A program made the position numbers and the translations under genes. The notes under the pieces were generated by a model. It was not told where the DNA came from. It saw nothing but the letters and a program-made list of their open reading frames with translations, and ran no database searches. Below, one piece after another: positions 38,001 to 50,028 of a DNA stretch of 64,000 bases. Every line of letters starts with the position of its first letter. Position 1 is the first letter of the stretch. Origin of the DNA: Selaginella moellendorffii (Eukaryota > Plantae > Lycopodiophyta); contig NW_003314280.1 in assembly GCF_000143415.4 (NCBI RefSeq), positions 1,302,894-1,366,893 of the forward strand, written 5' to 3'.

Positions 38001-39978
38001 GCCGTATATTACAACCAATAGAAGTGAACTATTCCATGATAGAGAAGGAGCATTTAGCAGTAGTTTAGGGTTTTGAGAACCTTCATGCATATCTATATGG
38101 TTCTCGAACATTACTAAAAGGTGATCATGCTGCTGTTACTTCATTATTAAAGTGGAAGAACTTGGTTAGTTGTTTTGCTTAATGGGCTTTGAAATTTCAG
38201 ATATATGATTTTGATGTTGTTTATTGCCCGAGGAGTTCTATAGCTAATGCTGGTGCTCTTTCTCAAACTTCTTTTCCTTCTTTTCTCTCTTCTCATATTT
38301 CTAACGAACCTATTGTTCTGGTATCTGTGATTTTCTAGACAAGGATTCTGTGCCATCGGCAGTTGCTATACTTAATGTTCAGTGTCCACAAGGTATAAAG
38401 CAAAATCTACCTTCATTTGACGAGGCTCATGAGGCTCAAAAAATTGAGCCATGGATTTGAAAGCCTCGAGATGGGTTTGAGAATCTTATATCACTTGCTG
38501 ATGACTTGCTATTTTGGCATTTACATTCTTAATATCACCTTGAAAACAGCCTTCTTTATTTTGTGGGGATGGATCATGATGATTATTTATGGCTGATGGT
38601 GTCTTTAATTTTTATTCCACGGTTTCTCCATATCTACCATGATTTTCCTGTTCTAAACGGGCATGTGGAATATTATTGTGTGACTAAGAAGCTATGTAAG
38701 TATTTCTATTGACCAGAGATGCAATGTGATATTATTTGGTATGTATAGCTATTTTTTGTGCCAAGCTCGTAATACTCCCCCTCATACTACGAAAGAACAG
38801 TTGAAGTCAATTGCAATTTCCTATTCATTTGAGTTAGTGGCATTTGATCTTATAGGACTTTTTCCATGATTGATTGCTAGTAATGAGTATGTTATTATTA
38901 CTTTTAACTACTTTACTTGTTAGGTGGAAGTTGGTGCTCTTGCTAGCACCTCTTAAACTACTGTTGGATATTTCCTCCTCAATTGAGTGGTGTTCCAACA
39001 TTCTTGTCTAGAGCAGATTCTTTTAGATAATGGTCCTGTATTTATAGCTGAGGCATTTCATGTTTTGACATCTTGGTTGGGGATACGCCACACTTTCACG
39101 AATGCTTATCATCTATAGTTAGATAGTTTGGTGCAACGGCTCGTTTGGACATTTAAAGGGATGATTGCGAAGTATGTGAACTTTAAGCATTTGGATTGGG
39201 ATGGTTATTTGCCATCTCTTCGGTATGCATATGTCATAGGGGTGTAGGGTTGTCATATGTTTGTTAGTGCTTCACCATATAAACCCCTATATAATCATGA
39301 TATAATATTACCTTAGTGATTGGGTTTACCTTCGTGATTGCTATAAACTATTGATGCTAGATCGTGGGATCAGCCTTTGATAAGCATTCTTCCACTTGTC
39401 TGAATAGAGTTTGCCGAACATCTAGACCACATACAAGTGGACAATAATGGTGTTACAATTCCTATCATCGTCCATCTACAGAGTACAAAATGGATGGCTT
39501 AATGTTAGTCTGTTTTCCCCACCTTATAGTATGTGATTTATCTAAGGGGCTCTTTGCTCAGTGGAAAAGATTGTATCGGGTGTTGTGGCAAGTTGGACTG
39601 CAAATTTATGAGGTTTGGCATGACGTCTAGTAGGCCGATTCTCTAGAAATTATGCATGTGTAGCAGTTAAAACACTTTGTACAAAGGGATCAAGAACAAT
39701 TGATACCACGTACAAATCTATCGATACCTCCTCCTAATATAATTTCAAATCCCGGCCCATCTATAAGAGAACCATGATAATTTTCCATTATTCCGAGAGG
39801 AGGGGATGATGTGAGGTCCAAGTGTATGGCTATGATGCCATATACTAATATTAGTATAGTGGAATTTTGGTAGCCGTCGGATTGGTTTTAATTTGAATCA
39901 CTCACTTTTGTATATAAGCTAGGGTTTTTGGGTTAATTGATATGTATATTTTCTATATTCTCTTTCTATATTCCATAA
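35013..39978 (+). mobile_element. Degenerate Gypsy LTR retrotransposon with short (~170-bp) LTRs
   Basis: 5' LTR at 35013-35181 (TGTGAG...CTCACA), PBS-like TTAGTGGAGGTG, gag remnant (FHGNPKDDVYYWF), RT (FIDDVLI), RNase H, integrase (DNGPVF), PPT GAGAGGAGGGGATGA, and 3' LTR from 39810. Many stops. Confidence 0.9.
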
Positions 39979-41664
39979 ATAATTAAAAAATTATCTCTTT
40001 TAATATATTAATGATATAGAATTTTCTTATTATTTTCATTAGTATTATCTATAATCAAAGAGTTTTTAATAGTTGTTAAAGATCTCATTCTTTTGTGATC
40101 ATGAAATGTTTTTTCTCCTATCTTGTCTTATAATATTTTTGAGTGGATCATAACACTCATCAAGTATAATACAGCAATTAAAATGTGATTGCAGATCTAG
40201 GGGGGAGGTGTACCTGGAGTGGGTGGTGTTGCAATATATATCAATTCAAAACACATGTGTTTAAATTGCTTAAATACACATATATGACTATATAATTGGC
40301 ATGTATGGCCCATGAGAGCAAATGGAAATGTCGGTACTGGCAGTAGCAGTAGGGCGAGAGCCACCGAACAGGGCTGGAAGTTCATGGTGCCAGCACCCAA
40401 AGTTCCACTACCAGTTGTGCTAATTTGGCAACACCATCACTGCGCTAGAGCACTTGATTAGGGCTCTTGATGTTGTGTGTAGCATAGAGCACACACTCAT
40501 TATCTTCAGTGGCTACATGTAGTTAAGTGTTAATATAGAGGTTGGCTGATCTGTAACTCAAAATAGGCAAGAATCTTGAATGCCAATATGATGCTCAATC
40601 TCTTCACCAAAAACAAAGGTTTGATCCAGGGGAATCATAGCAGCAATAGGTAATGAATAAGATTATTAGTAGATTGATAAAGATTGTGGTGCTTTATGGC
40701 ACACTAAATTAGTCAAAGCATGTCATCTTAGTATTGGGCAGCATGCTCAAGGAAATAGAGCTAGTGGCATAGAGTGCTATGGCTGCAAGCAAGGGATTTC
40801 TTTACTATGATCGAATGATTAAGGTGGGGTTTATTTGCTTGTGCTTTGCACATTCTTATACATGCTAAGCACCATGGATCATAAATTGAATTGTATCACT
40901 CAAAAAAGAATAGATGACATGGCTGCATATATGGCATGAAGTGTTTGTCTACATAGAATGCCCCTATGCATGTAGCATGTCCCATACAAATATTATAATG
41001 TGTTTCCATTGCTATTATAGCAATCACAACATAATTATATGCATAATTTTTTAATGAAATTTAAAATAAACAATATATCTGCATATGTGTAAATAAAGAA
41101 TTTGCTAACTTACCTTGTTTATTCAATGCAAAACTTATGATACAATAATAATAAAAATAATAACTGTGATTTGTGATATAAAACAACATTATAGGAAACC
41201 ACTTGGAAACTCCAAAAAATGAAATAGTAGCTACAATATCATTGACTTGTGAGATTTATATTATACTATATTTATATATGTTATATCTTAGTAATTTTGT
41301 TAATTAATATCACTATATGAGTGTATGGAATATAGAAATCAAATACAAAAATATGCATATTCAATTATCTTAGTTTACATAAGTTTATATAATAGTTTTT
41401 ATATATAGAAACAAGTGGTCCAAATTGAAACTAATCCCATAGTTATCAAAATTCCATTACACTAATATTAGTATACAACATCATAATTGTATATTTAGAC
41501 CTCATATTATCCCCTCTTCTCAGAAAGATGGAAGGCAATTAAAGTCTTTTAGTTGATGGGCTGCGATTTGGAACAATATTAGACAAAGATACTAATGGAT
41601 TTGTAAGTGGTGCAATTTGTTTTTGATTCTTTTGCCATAACACCCACTATAGTCTTTTTCATTG

Positions 41665-41764
41665 NNNNNNNNNNNNNNNNNNNNNNNNNNNNNNNNNNNN
41701 NNNNNNNNNNNNNNNNNNNNNNNNNNNNNNNNNNNNNNNNNNNNNNNNNNNNNNNNNNNNNNNN
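41665..41764. other. Assembly gap (100 N)
   Basis: Run of n. Confidence 1.
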
Positions 41765-42400
41765 CTTTAAAACCATGTACTGTAAGATTGAGAAAACAAA
41801 ACAATCCAATTTATAGTTTGTAGACAGACAATAATAAAAATTGTTGCACTGTTGTTTTCCCACTTGTATGCGGCCCAAATGTTTAACAAAACGAATGGAA
41901 GAATGTTTGTCAAGTATTGATCTTAGGATCCAAAGGTAAACTCAACTTGATTAATAATATCAAATCATAACTATATAAAAGTTTATATAGTGAAGCACTA
42001 ATAGAATTCTGTATCCTAGAAACATACGTATACTAAAGAGATGGCAAATAACTATTACAATCCAAATGTTAAAAGTTTATACACCTTGCGATCATCCTTT
42101 TGAAAGTTTAAATAAACCATTCCACCAAATCACCCATCTGTGGATGATAAACACTCATGAAAATGAAACTATTATTTGAGAGAATTTGCTATGGACAAGA
42201 ATGCTGAAACACCACTTAAGTGAGGAGAAAGTATTCAATAACAATTACAAATACACTAGCAAGAGCATCAACTTTCACCCACTGAGTCAAGTAGTCAGAA
42301 GCAATAATGACATATTCATTGTTAGTAGTCAATTGTGGAAAAAAGCCCATTAGATCAAATGTCATCAACTCAAATAAACAAAAAACTACAATTAACTTCA

Positions 42401-42615
42401 AGAAAAAGAATTAAAGAATGATTAAAAGAGGTTCAAATATAGAAGGAAAGTGCATTCCAGTTTTTTAATCAATTAAGAGTCTTAAAATACTATGGGTTTA
42501 AGTAATATTAAGCCAGGTGACCTTTTGGGAAATTCAAATTTAAGAGCAGTTTCGAGTACCACTCTATTGGTTAGATAAGAGAATCACACTACATATTAAA
42601 ATTAATATTCGGCAG
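42401..42615 (+). mobile_element. Degraded Cassandra fragment (partial LTR plus start of internal domain)
   Basis: GGTGACCTTTTGGGAAATTCAAATTTAAGAGC followed by GAGAATCACACTACATATTAAAATTAATATTCGGCA, which resembles the reverse complement of 45735-45830. Confidence 0.65.
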
Positions 42616-43158
42616 AGATTGATTTAAGAGCTTATATGATCCTTCCATAGCAAGAAGGAGAATATTATATTTAGCATTAAATGCAACTACATACATACTA
42701 GATAACATCATATCATATCTCTAATCAATAAAAAGGCCTACAAACTTTTTAAACACAAAATAATATCTTGTATTCTCACCTAAAATAAAAGAGAGGATAT
42801 CACTTTACACCCCGCACTTTGTAGATATTGAATATTTGTCTAGAAAATCCACTGATACTAGAATAATAGGCTCATTAAAAACATCAAAAGAAAGCAAAGA
42901 AGGGAGAGGAACTCAAAAAAGAGCGTCAACATCAAGTATAGAATTCCCTAAGTAATGAACAATTTCAAAGTAATATCTAAAGTTTCAAAGCCTACTAAAT
43001 TGTACGACTAACCAAGTTTTTCTAGTTCAATAATGAAGTGACTATAGCATGATCACATGATTGAGATATATAAAGCTTCTCAAAACCTTATATTGCTATT
43101 ACACACTCTTTCTCTATTATAGAGTAGTTCACTTCTACTGATTGTAATGTATGATTGA

Positions 43159-43258
43159 NNNNNNNNNNNNNNNNNNNNNNNNNNNNNNNNNNNNNNNNNN
43201 NNNNNNNNNNNNNNNNNNNNNNNNNNNNNNNNNNNNNNNNNNNNNNNNNNNNNNNNNN
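43159..43258. other. Assembly gap (100 N)
   Basis: Run of n. Confidence 1.
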
Positions 43259-45383
43259 TCAACACACCTTCGAGACTAATATTAAAAGTATTCACTCTCA
43301 AGATAAAATATAAAGTATAGTTAGGATATGCCAAAATTGAAGGAGTTGTTAACATCTTTTTTAAAATTCACAAATGCATGTTTGTAATCCTTAAACCAGC
43401 TAAAAGGCAATATAAAAAACTTCTGCAACACTTGCAATGAGGGCAATACAATCAAAAAAATAATTAATAAAATAACTAAAATATTGCACCTTGTAGAGGA
43501 AGTATTGCACATTGTTCATACACTTTAGAGTATGAAACTTTAGAATAGCTGCATGTTCATCAAGATGAACTTACAAAGTTTTATAAGAAATGTGGCACCC
43601 AAGATAAATCATATTTTTGGACTTATATGCACATTTTAACCCAAATGACATCACCAAAAACTTGTACCAAATTAAATGGTGTATAAAAAATAATCTTGAA
43701 AACATCCTCCTTGCCATTAGAACTTGCTAGTATGAAACCAAAATTTAATTTAGTGAACTAACAACTTCACCCCAAATGGATTAGAAATTTGGCAATGTGG
43801 GGTATCTAAAATCATCACATCACTTAATAGATGATAGTTGATGCAGAAATAAATACTTCTATTAAGTTTCATCACAAAATGAAATTCATACAACCAAGGA
43901 TTTTAAGACTTCTAGATAACTACTTTCTTTAACATCTTTTAGACATTTACTCATAAAATATTAATCTCTTTTGGTAACTGATGTTGAATGAAAACCTTGA
44001 TTAGATAAGCATTCCTAATTTGAATAGAATGACATATTGCAATCTTGGCCCTAAACAACAGGTGAAAGTCAAATAAGTTAACATACTCTTACTTCAACTA
44101 GTCAACCATTGTAACATAAAGATTATATGAGGGATTTGGAGAATGAATATATGAACAAGAAGGAAATACAATAGGAAGTAATGGGGAAACAAAAAGTGAT
44201 GGAAATAAAAATAGAAACAACAGGATGAAGTAAAACAAACTTGAGAGGAATAGACAAGGGAGTATAAAACAAAAGGGAAAAACCTCAAAATCACATTTTA
44301 CATAATTGTGTTATAATTAATCCATACTAAAAATAAAGTCAAAAACTTGATTTGGCACCACCCACAAAAATTAAAGCTCAAACTCAAGATCACCCACATG
44401 CACAATTAGATTTGCTTCATCCCATACACACATATGTGTACACCCATTGCAATAGAGAATGAAGTGTAATTTTACCTTAACACAAAAATGTAAATAACTA
44501 CATATGGCAACAAGCTAAGCAATAGAATATAAATTTAAACCTATATCAGGATAATAATAAACCTCTTGTTTTAAAACTGAATTTGAAAAATTAACACTAG
44601 ATAAATTGATACCGAATGAACCCCTTCATAGTATTCTTAAAAGAAAAATAAAAAGGTCACTAACTTATTTGTGTAAGGTCCTTTCATTATTCATATGACT
44701 CCTTGTTTCTCAAAAGAATCTTAGTGTCAAGACTTTTCACCGCAACAACACCAAGGATATTATTGATGTCAAGATCTTCACTTAAGAAATGAAGGATACC
44801 AATCCGAAAAACACTGATAATGCTGATACGTATAGCCAACTTCATCATATGCCTAATAATGAACATCACAACCATGACCACTTAACATTATACCAATTGA
44901 AGAACATTGTTAAGAGTAATTGGGTCAAGTGCAAGTATAAGTCTTAGAAGATTTTGACTAAGTGCTAACCACAACATACTCAACTCAATCTACTTTAATA
45001 TATTCAACTCCATATGGAGTAAGAGACTCTAGAAGTCGACACTAAATTGCATAACTATTCAAATAGCCTTTGATAGAGATGATGCAATTGTTGGAAAGCA
45101 TTATTACAATCATCAGCATGTCCAAATGCACACTTGAATACACATGGGAAAATATTTTAATCCACATAAGTGGTTGCATTTAAACCATTATATCACTACT
45201 ACTCTGTCTTTTGTAGATATGTAGGGAACTTATACAAAGGGTGGGCATCATCCCAAGAATAATAAGTAGCAATCACTAGAAAATGATTGAATTAACAATA
45301 CATATCATCTTTAGGATTTCTATAAAAGAAATTTATTGGGATTTGAGGATTAGTAGTAAGAGCTAATGGAGTTGCACTATATA

Positions 45384-46435
45384 TGTAGTGCTTCTGAATT
45401 TAGACTTTCCGGGAGGTCACCCAACTTAATACTATTCAAACCTAAGGACACTTAACTTTAAATATCCCAAGACTCTTAACCAATTGGAAAAGAGGGTGCA
45501 TTTTTGTTCATGGGCTTTTTCCCTTTATATTTAAACCCCATGGACCGTCCCTCAAGTCATTCTATTTGGTTGCTTACAATTCACCACACTTCCCTGCAAG
45601 TTCACGCCCTCATGAACGGAAAGTTAGAGCCACAGCTCTCCCAAGAGCCCCACTCTCTGGACACCCTACCCCTCGGGTCAAGCCCAGCCGAAGCATACTA
45701 GATGTCAATTAATATGTGGTATGATTCCTCTAATGCCAGATGTTAATTAACATGTGGTGTGATTCCCCTAAGCCAACCAACAAAGTCGAACTTGAGACCG
45801 CTCTGATACCAAATGTAAGCTCCTGAGTTTGGACTTCTCGGGAGGTCAATCAATCTAGTATTATTCAAACCCAAGGACATTTAATCCCAAATATCCCAAG
45901 ACCCTTAACCGATTAAAAAAGGGGGTGCATTCTTATTCATGGGCCCTTTCCCTTTATATTTGAACTCTATGGACCATCCTTCAAGTCGTTCTCTTTGGTT
46001 GCTTACAATCCACCACACTTCCCTGCAAAAGCCCTGCTCTCTTGACACCCTACCCCTCAGATCAAGCCCAACTGTAGCATATTAGACCTTTTTCAAATGT
46101 CAATCAACATATGGTGTAATTCCCCTAAGTGGTATGATTCCTCTAATACCAAATGTCAATCAACATGTGGTGTAATTCCCCTAAGTGGTATGATTCCCTT
46201 AATACCAAATATAGAGTCAAACTTGAGACTGCTCTGATACCAAATGTAAACTCTTGAATTTGGACTTCTTGGGAGGTCATCTAGCCTAGTTATTCAAACC
46301 CAAGGACACTTAACCCCAAATATTACAAAACTCTTAACCGATTGGAAAAGGAGGTGCACTCTTGTTCATAGGCCCTTCCCTTTATATTTGAACCCCATTG
46401 ACCATCCCTCAAATCGTTCTCTTTGATTGCTTATA
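45384..46435 (-). mobile_element. Tandem Cassandra TRIM (LTR-int-LTR-int-LTR) with 5S rRNA-derived promoter boxes in each LTR, TSD ATATA
   Basis: LTRs at 45384-45578, 45814-46007 and 46245-46435. tRNA-iMet PBS TGGTATCAGAGC at 45811-45800 and 46242-46231. The LTR sense strand AGTTAAGTGTCCTTAGGTTTGAATAGTATTAAGTTGGGTGACCTCCCGGAAAGTC resembles the plant 5S A-box/IE/C-box. ATATA at 45379-45383 and 46436-46440. Confidence 0.92.
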
Positions 46436-47393
46436 ATATACTGTGAACACCACTATCAATTGAGTCTAATTAATCAATTGCAGTCACATAGCATGAGCAA
46501 TTTCATTAATTTCTACTCTAAAGTTAAAGGAGGAGTATACTATTTTACCATGAAGATGATCAAAAAGAAAATTGAAAAGCCAAAAGCAAATAAATGGAAA
46601 AAGTTATAAGAACAAAATAGATTTAGATAATGCAAAAGCTAAGTCTAAACAAAAAGCACAAATCTAAATATTTCTTAGGGACTATTAGAATTACATCTTC
46701 ACCAATGTAAATGTATGGAATATAGAAATGAAATACAAAAATATATATATATTTAATTAATCTAAAAACTTTAGCTTATATACAAAAGCAAGAGGTTTAG
46801 ATTGAAACCAATCTAATAGCTATTAAAATCCCACTATACTAATATTAGTATGAACCTTACTATTATATATAAGCCTATATTTAATATAAATTCTTTATTA
46901 ATTTAGTTTTTTTCATTAGTTTTATGGCTTGATAAATCTTAAGAATAAGTTTTAAATAATCTAGCCATAAATAATTTTTCCAATCTCAATGCCATTATCA
47001 AACTTTTAGCTTTTCATATGACATCAAATAGAAATTCCAATGAGATAAATTTTCTCTTATATGACATACAGATAAATAAAATATTTCCTACATGCTTACA
47101 TAAATGTGAGATGCAATCACAAGTTCAGTCTTATGCTTCTAGTTGAGCAGAAGCACTAAAATAGGTATGTCCCATTATAAGATGAAATTATTTCAATAAT
47201 AATTGATAAGAGAAATTCTTTTCAGCTAACAACTGAGAACTGTTGGTATATTCTTTTATTGTTCTAGATTACATCTAGAATATACTTGAATTTTATAGGA
47301 ATATTCTTAAGGGTACAAAGCATTAACATTCATTCATTTATATAGTGCATAGAAGTATTTTCTCTCAGACATCATGGTTTCGTGCAGTTGCTT

Positions 47394-48699
47394 TCACGTC
47401 CACCATGGCCCGATTCCATCAGGTATGTAGTAGTATGACGAGGTAGCCATGTCGTACTCGTTGACGTTGGCGTTGATGCTATTACTATTGTTGGTGTTGA
47501 TGTTGTTGTTGTTGTTGTTGTTGTTGATACTGATGCTGGTGTTGTTGTAATCTAGCAAACCATCGTCAAACTTATAAAGCACCAGCTGGTTTGAGTGTGG
47601 ATCGAAAACCATGCCGTCGGGTTCGTCTTTGAGGACTTTGGCCACCGCCACGCCCGTGTGCTCGAACGAGAGCACGCTCTCCTGGACCACGGGAACCAGC
47701 GGGAAGTCCACGTCCAAGATCTCGCTTGTATAGCCATCCGAGCACGGGGAGCCTTCTTTCTCACCACCTTTGCCCGGCGGCCTTGCGACGTCCATGTCCT
47801 CCACCACCGCCAGGTTCTTCCCCGTCGTCACCATCACCGTGACTTCCTCGCCCTTGAAAGCCTCCGGTTTGTGCTCCACGCTATTTACAATCGCCTTGTC
47901 GCCGCTGGCCGCTGCTGCTGTGGGCGACTTGCTAGAGTCCAGCCTCGCGACGAGGGCGGTCACCTGGCATAGAAAATGGTCAGAGAAGCTCTGTAAAGCT
48001 CTTTTCTCTCTCTCGGAAAATGTCGAGAACTTTACTCGAAAACTCTCTACACTTCTCGACGAAGGACTTCGCAAACGGAAACAGAGCTTACCTCGGCTTG
48101 AAGCTTCTTGTTCTCCAGCAGAAGTTTGTCGTAGCTCGCCTTGAGGGACTCGTAGTCTCGCTCCAGCTGCTTGGTTTTCCAGCGGGCTCGCCGGTTCTGG
48201 AACCACACGGCGACTTGGCGGGGCTGGAGCCCCAGCTCGTGTGCCAGCTGCTTCTTCCTCTCGGGCTCCAGCTTGTTCTCCATCTCAAAGTTGAGCTCCA
48301 GGGAGCGCACTTGATCCACGCTCAGCCGCCGCTTCTTCTCCACCGGGTGAACTTCGTGATCGCTCGCCTCCACGTCTCCGCTCTCCTGATCGCTCGAGCC
48401 CTCGAAGGTTGCGTAGAGCAGCGCGTCACTACCGCGCAGCCCTGTGGGTGTTCCACAGTTGTTATGATCATCTAAGCCTGTAGAAAAGAACAAGAAAAAA
48501 CGTAATTTTTTTATTCGATCGAGTATTGCAAACCTTTAAACATACCTGGTGGGATGTTAGACGACCGCGGATAAAAGATGGCGGACATTGAGTTGCTAAC
48601 GCTCTCGTTCCTCATTGTCGTCACCATGATGCTTGGTGGTGTTGGCGCTGTCGAGCCTTTACTGTTGCTGCTGCTACTGTTGTTGATATTCCAATCCAT
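47394..48699 (-). CDS. Homeodomain-leucine zipper class I transcription factor
   Basis: Exons 48699-48546, 48477-48092 and 47963-47394. [28 protein letters not shown]...[21 protein letters not shown] followed by a leucine zipper. Poly-Asn tract and aromatic/acidic C-terminal tail (GPWWT). Confidence 0.95.
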
Positions 48700-48760
48700 A
48701 GCCACACTTTCCACCACCACCACTGCACCACAGGGTTCTAACAGTAAACACTATTCTCCT

Positions 48761-48996
48761 TCACAAGAGCTGCATGGTCATGCGAGAGAGAGTTCTAGAT
48801 GCAAACAAGCTTCTCCTCCTAGAGCAAACTTCCTGCCGCTATGATATCAATGCAAAGCTCTTAGCTACCGTCAAGAAGTGCGAGAGATCATCGCCGTATT
48901 GTAGAGCGAGGAATACCATACACTCACGTCGCCGCCGTGTCCAGCCCACAAAAAACTGATGCTGCTGTACTCGACCCAGATCTTGCTCTTCTCCAT
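48761..48996 (-). promoter_or_regulatory. Candidate spliced upstream ORF in the HD-ZIP I 5' leader
   Basis: ATG at 48996, 23 codons to a GTGAGT donor (48927), in-frame acceptors at 48838 or 48832, and TGA at 48763-48761, about 60 nt before the main ATG. Confidence 0.4.
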
Positions 48997-49973
48997 GATT
49001 TCGGGAGTATTTACTGAAAGTGGTGGTGAGCTGCTGCTGCTGGCTTGCTCTTGTTGCTAGCACCTATTCTTCGTCTTCGCCTCCTGCGTCTTCTTCTAAA
49101 ACAATTCGACCGCGGACTCTTGGACAGCAATCCTAACATGAGAGATTGGTGTGCAAAGCGAGACAGGGACGATTGACGTATACGGGCCGTAAGAACAAAG
49201 GAAGAATAAAGGCAAAAGTCTGGAGACCGACTTGCTAGCTCGGGGGGAAGTACCTCACGAAGCAGCAGAGGAGGCGAGCAATGTCCTCGACAACGAAGAA
49301 ACGAACAGCAGGCACCCTCAGACGCCTCGGTTCGTCTTGTTTGTGTGCGAGCAGCATTATAGATCGGGAAAACGCTCCACGACTCTCTTGACACAAGCAA
49401 AGCCAAAATGGTGTTTAGAGGGAGCACGAAGGACCACTAGCGGTGATTATTCGGACACTGCCACTGCCGGGTTCCAAGCCATGAGAAATCTGGAGAGAGG
49501 AACACGCAAAGAAAGAAGAACAGAGACAACAACCAGAGCTGTACACGCTCGCTCTTCGCGGACAAAGATTTGTGCTACTCAAGAAGCCCCTCCAGATGAT
49601 GCTAATTGCATGATCAGCTGCTACCTAGAACCCGAAGAACAGGGTCAAACAATTTATAGCGATTGGAAAGAAAAAAAGAAAGAAAAAAAACCAAGAACAA
49701 AGAGATGGGGATGGACCTAACTTTAACACTGGGCTTCAGCCAAACAAGCCACCACAGCAAAGGACGATCTCGAATCGACAACGACAAAGTTTGGAGGGAA
49801 ACGGAGAGCGATATATCACTCTCAAGCGCACCACACTCAGCAAACCGTGATAACTGACCACCACGCACGGCCACTCCCCAAAATCCAAGACCTCTCTCTC
49901 CTAGTAGAGAAACTTAGTGAGACACGGCGAAGAGAGAATTGGGCTCTGATCTTGCTTCCCTTGTGAAGAAGCC

Positions 49974-49974
<1 letters not shown>

Positions 49975-50005
<31 letters not shown>

Positions 50006-50028
50006 GTGAGAGAGTGAGAGTGAGAGTG
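49975..50028. repeat. (TG)n-(GA)n-(GAGAGT)n microsatellite upstream of HD-ZIP I
   Basis: Direct observation. GA repeats are known BBR/BPC binding sites in plants; function here is only inferred. Confidence 0.85.

Larger units (their letters stand above)
41317..46860 (-). mobile_element. Second, more decayed copy of the same short-LTR Gypsy family, tail-to-tail with the first; it hosts Cassandra insertions
   Basis: Reverse-complement LTRs at ~41317-41507 (adjacent PPT TTATCCCCTCTTCTC) and ~46706-46860. Minus-strand integrase (FELMTFDLMGFF), RNase H (TTPSILAYPNY) and gag remnants are homologous to 35013-39978. Confidence 0.85.

Noticed and set aside
45400-46320. Three 5S rRNA genes
   Set aside because: Only ~55 nt of diverged internal-promoter sequence is present, embedded in LTRs with PBS and TSD, so these are Cassandra elements rather than rRNA genes.
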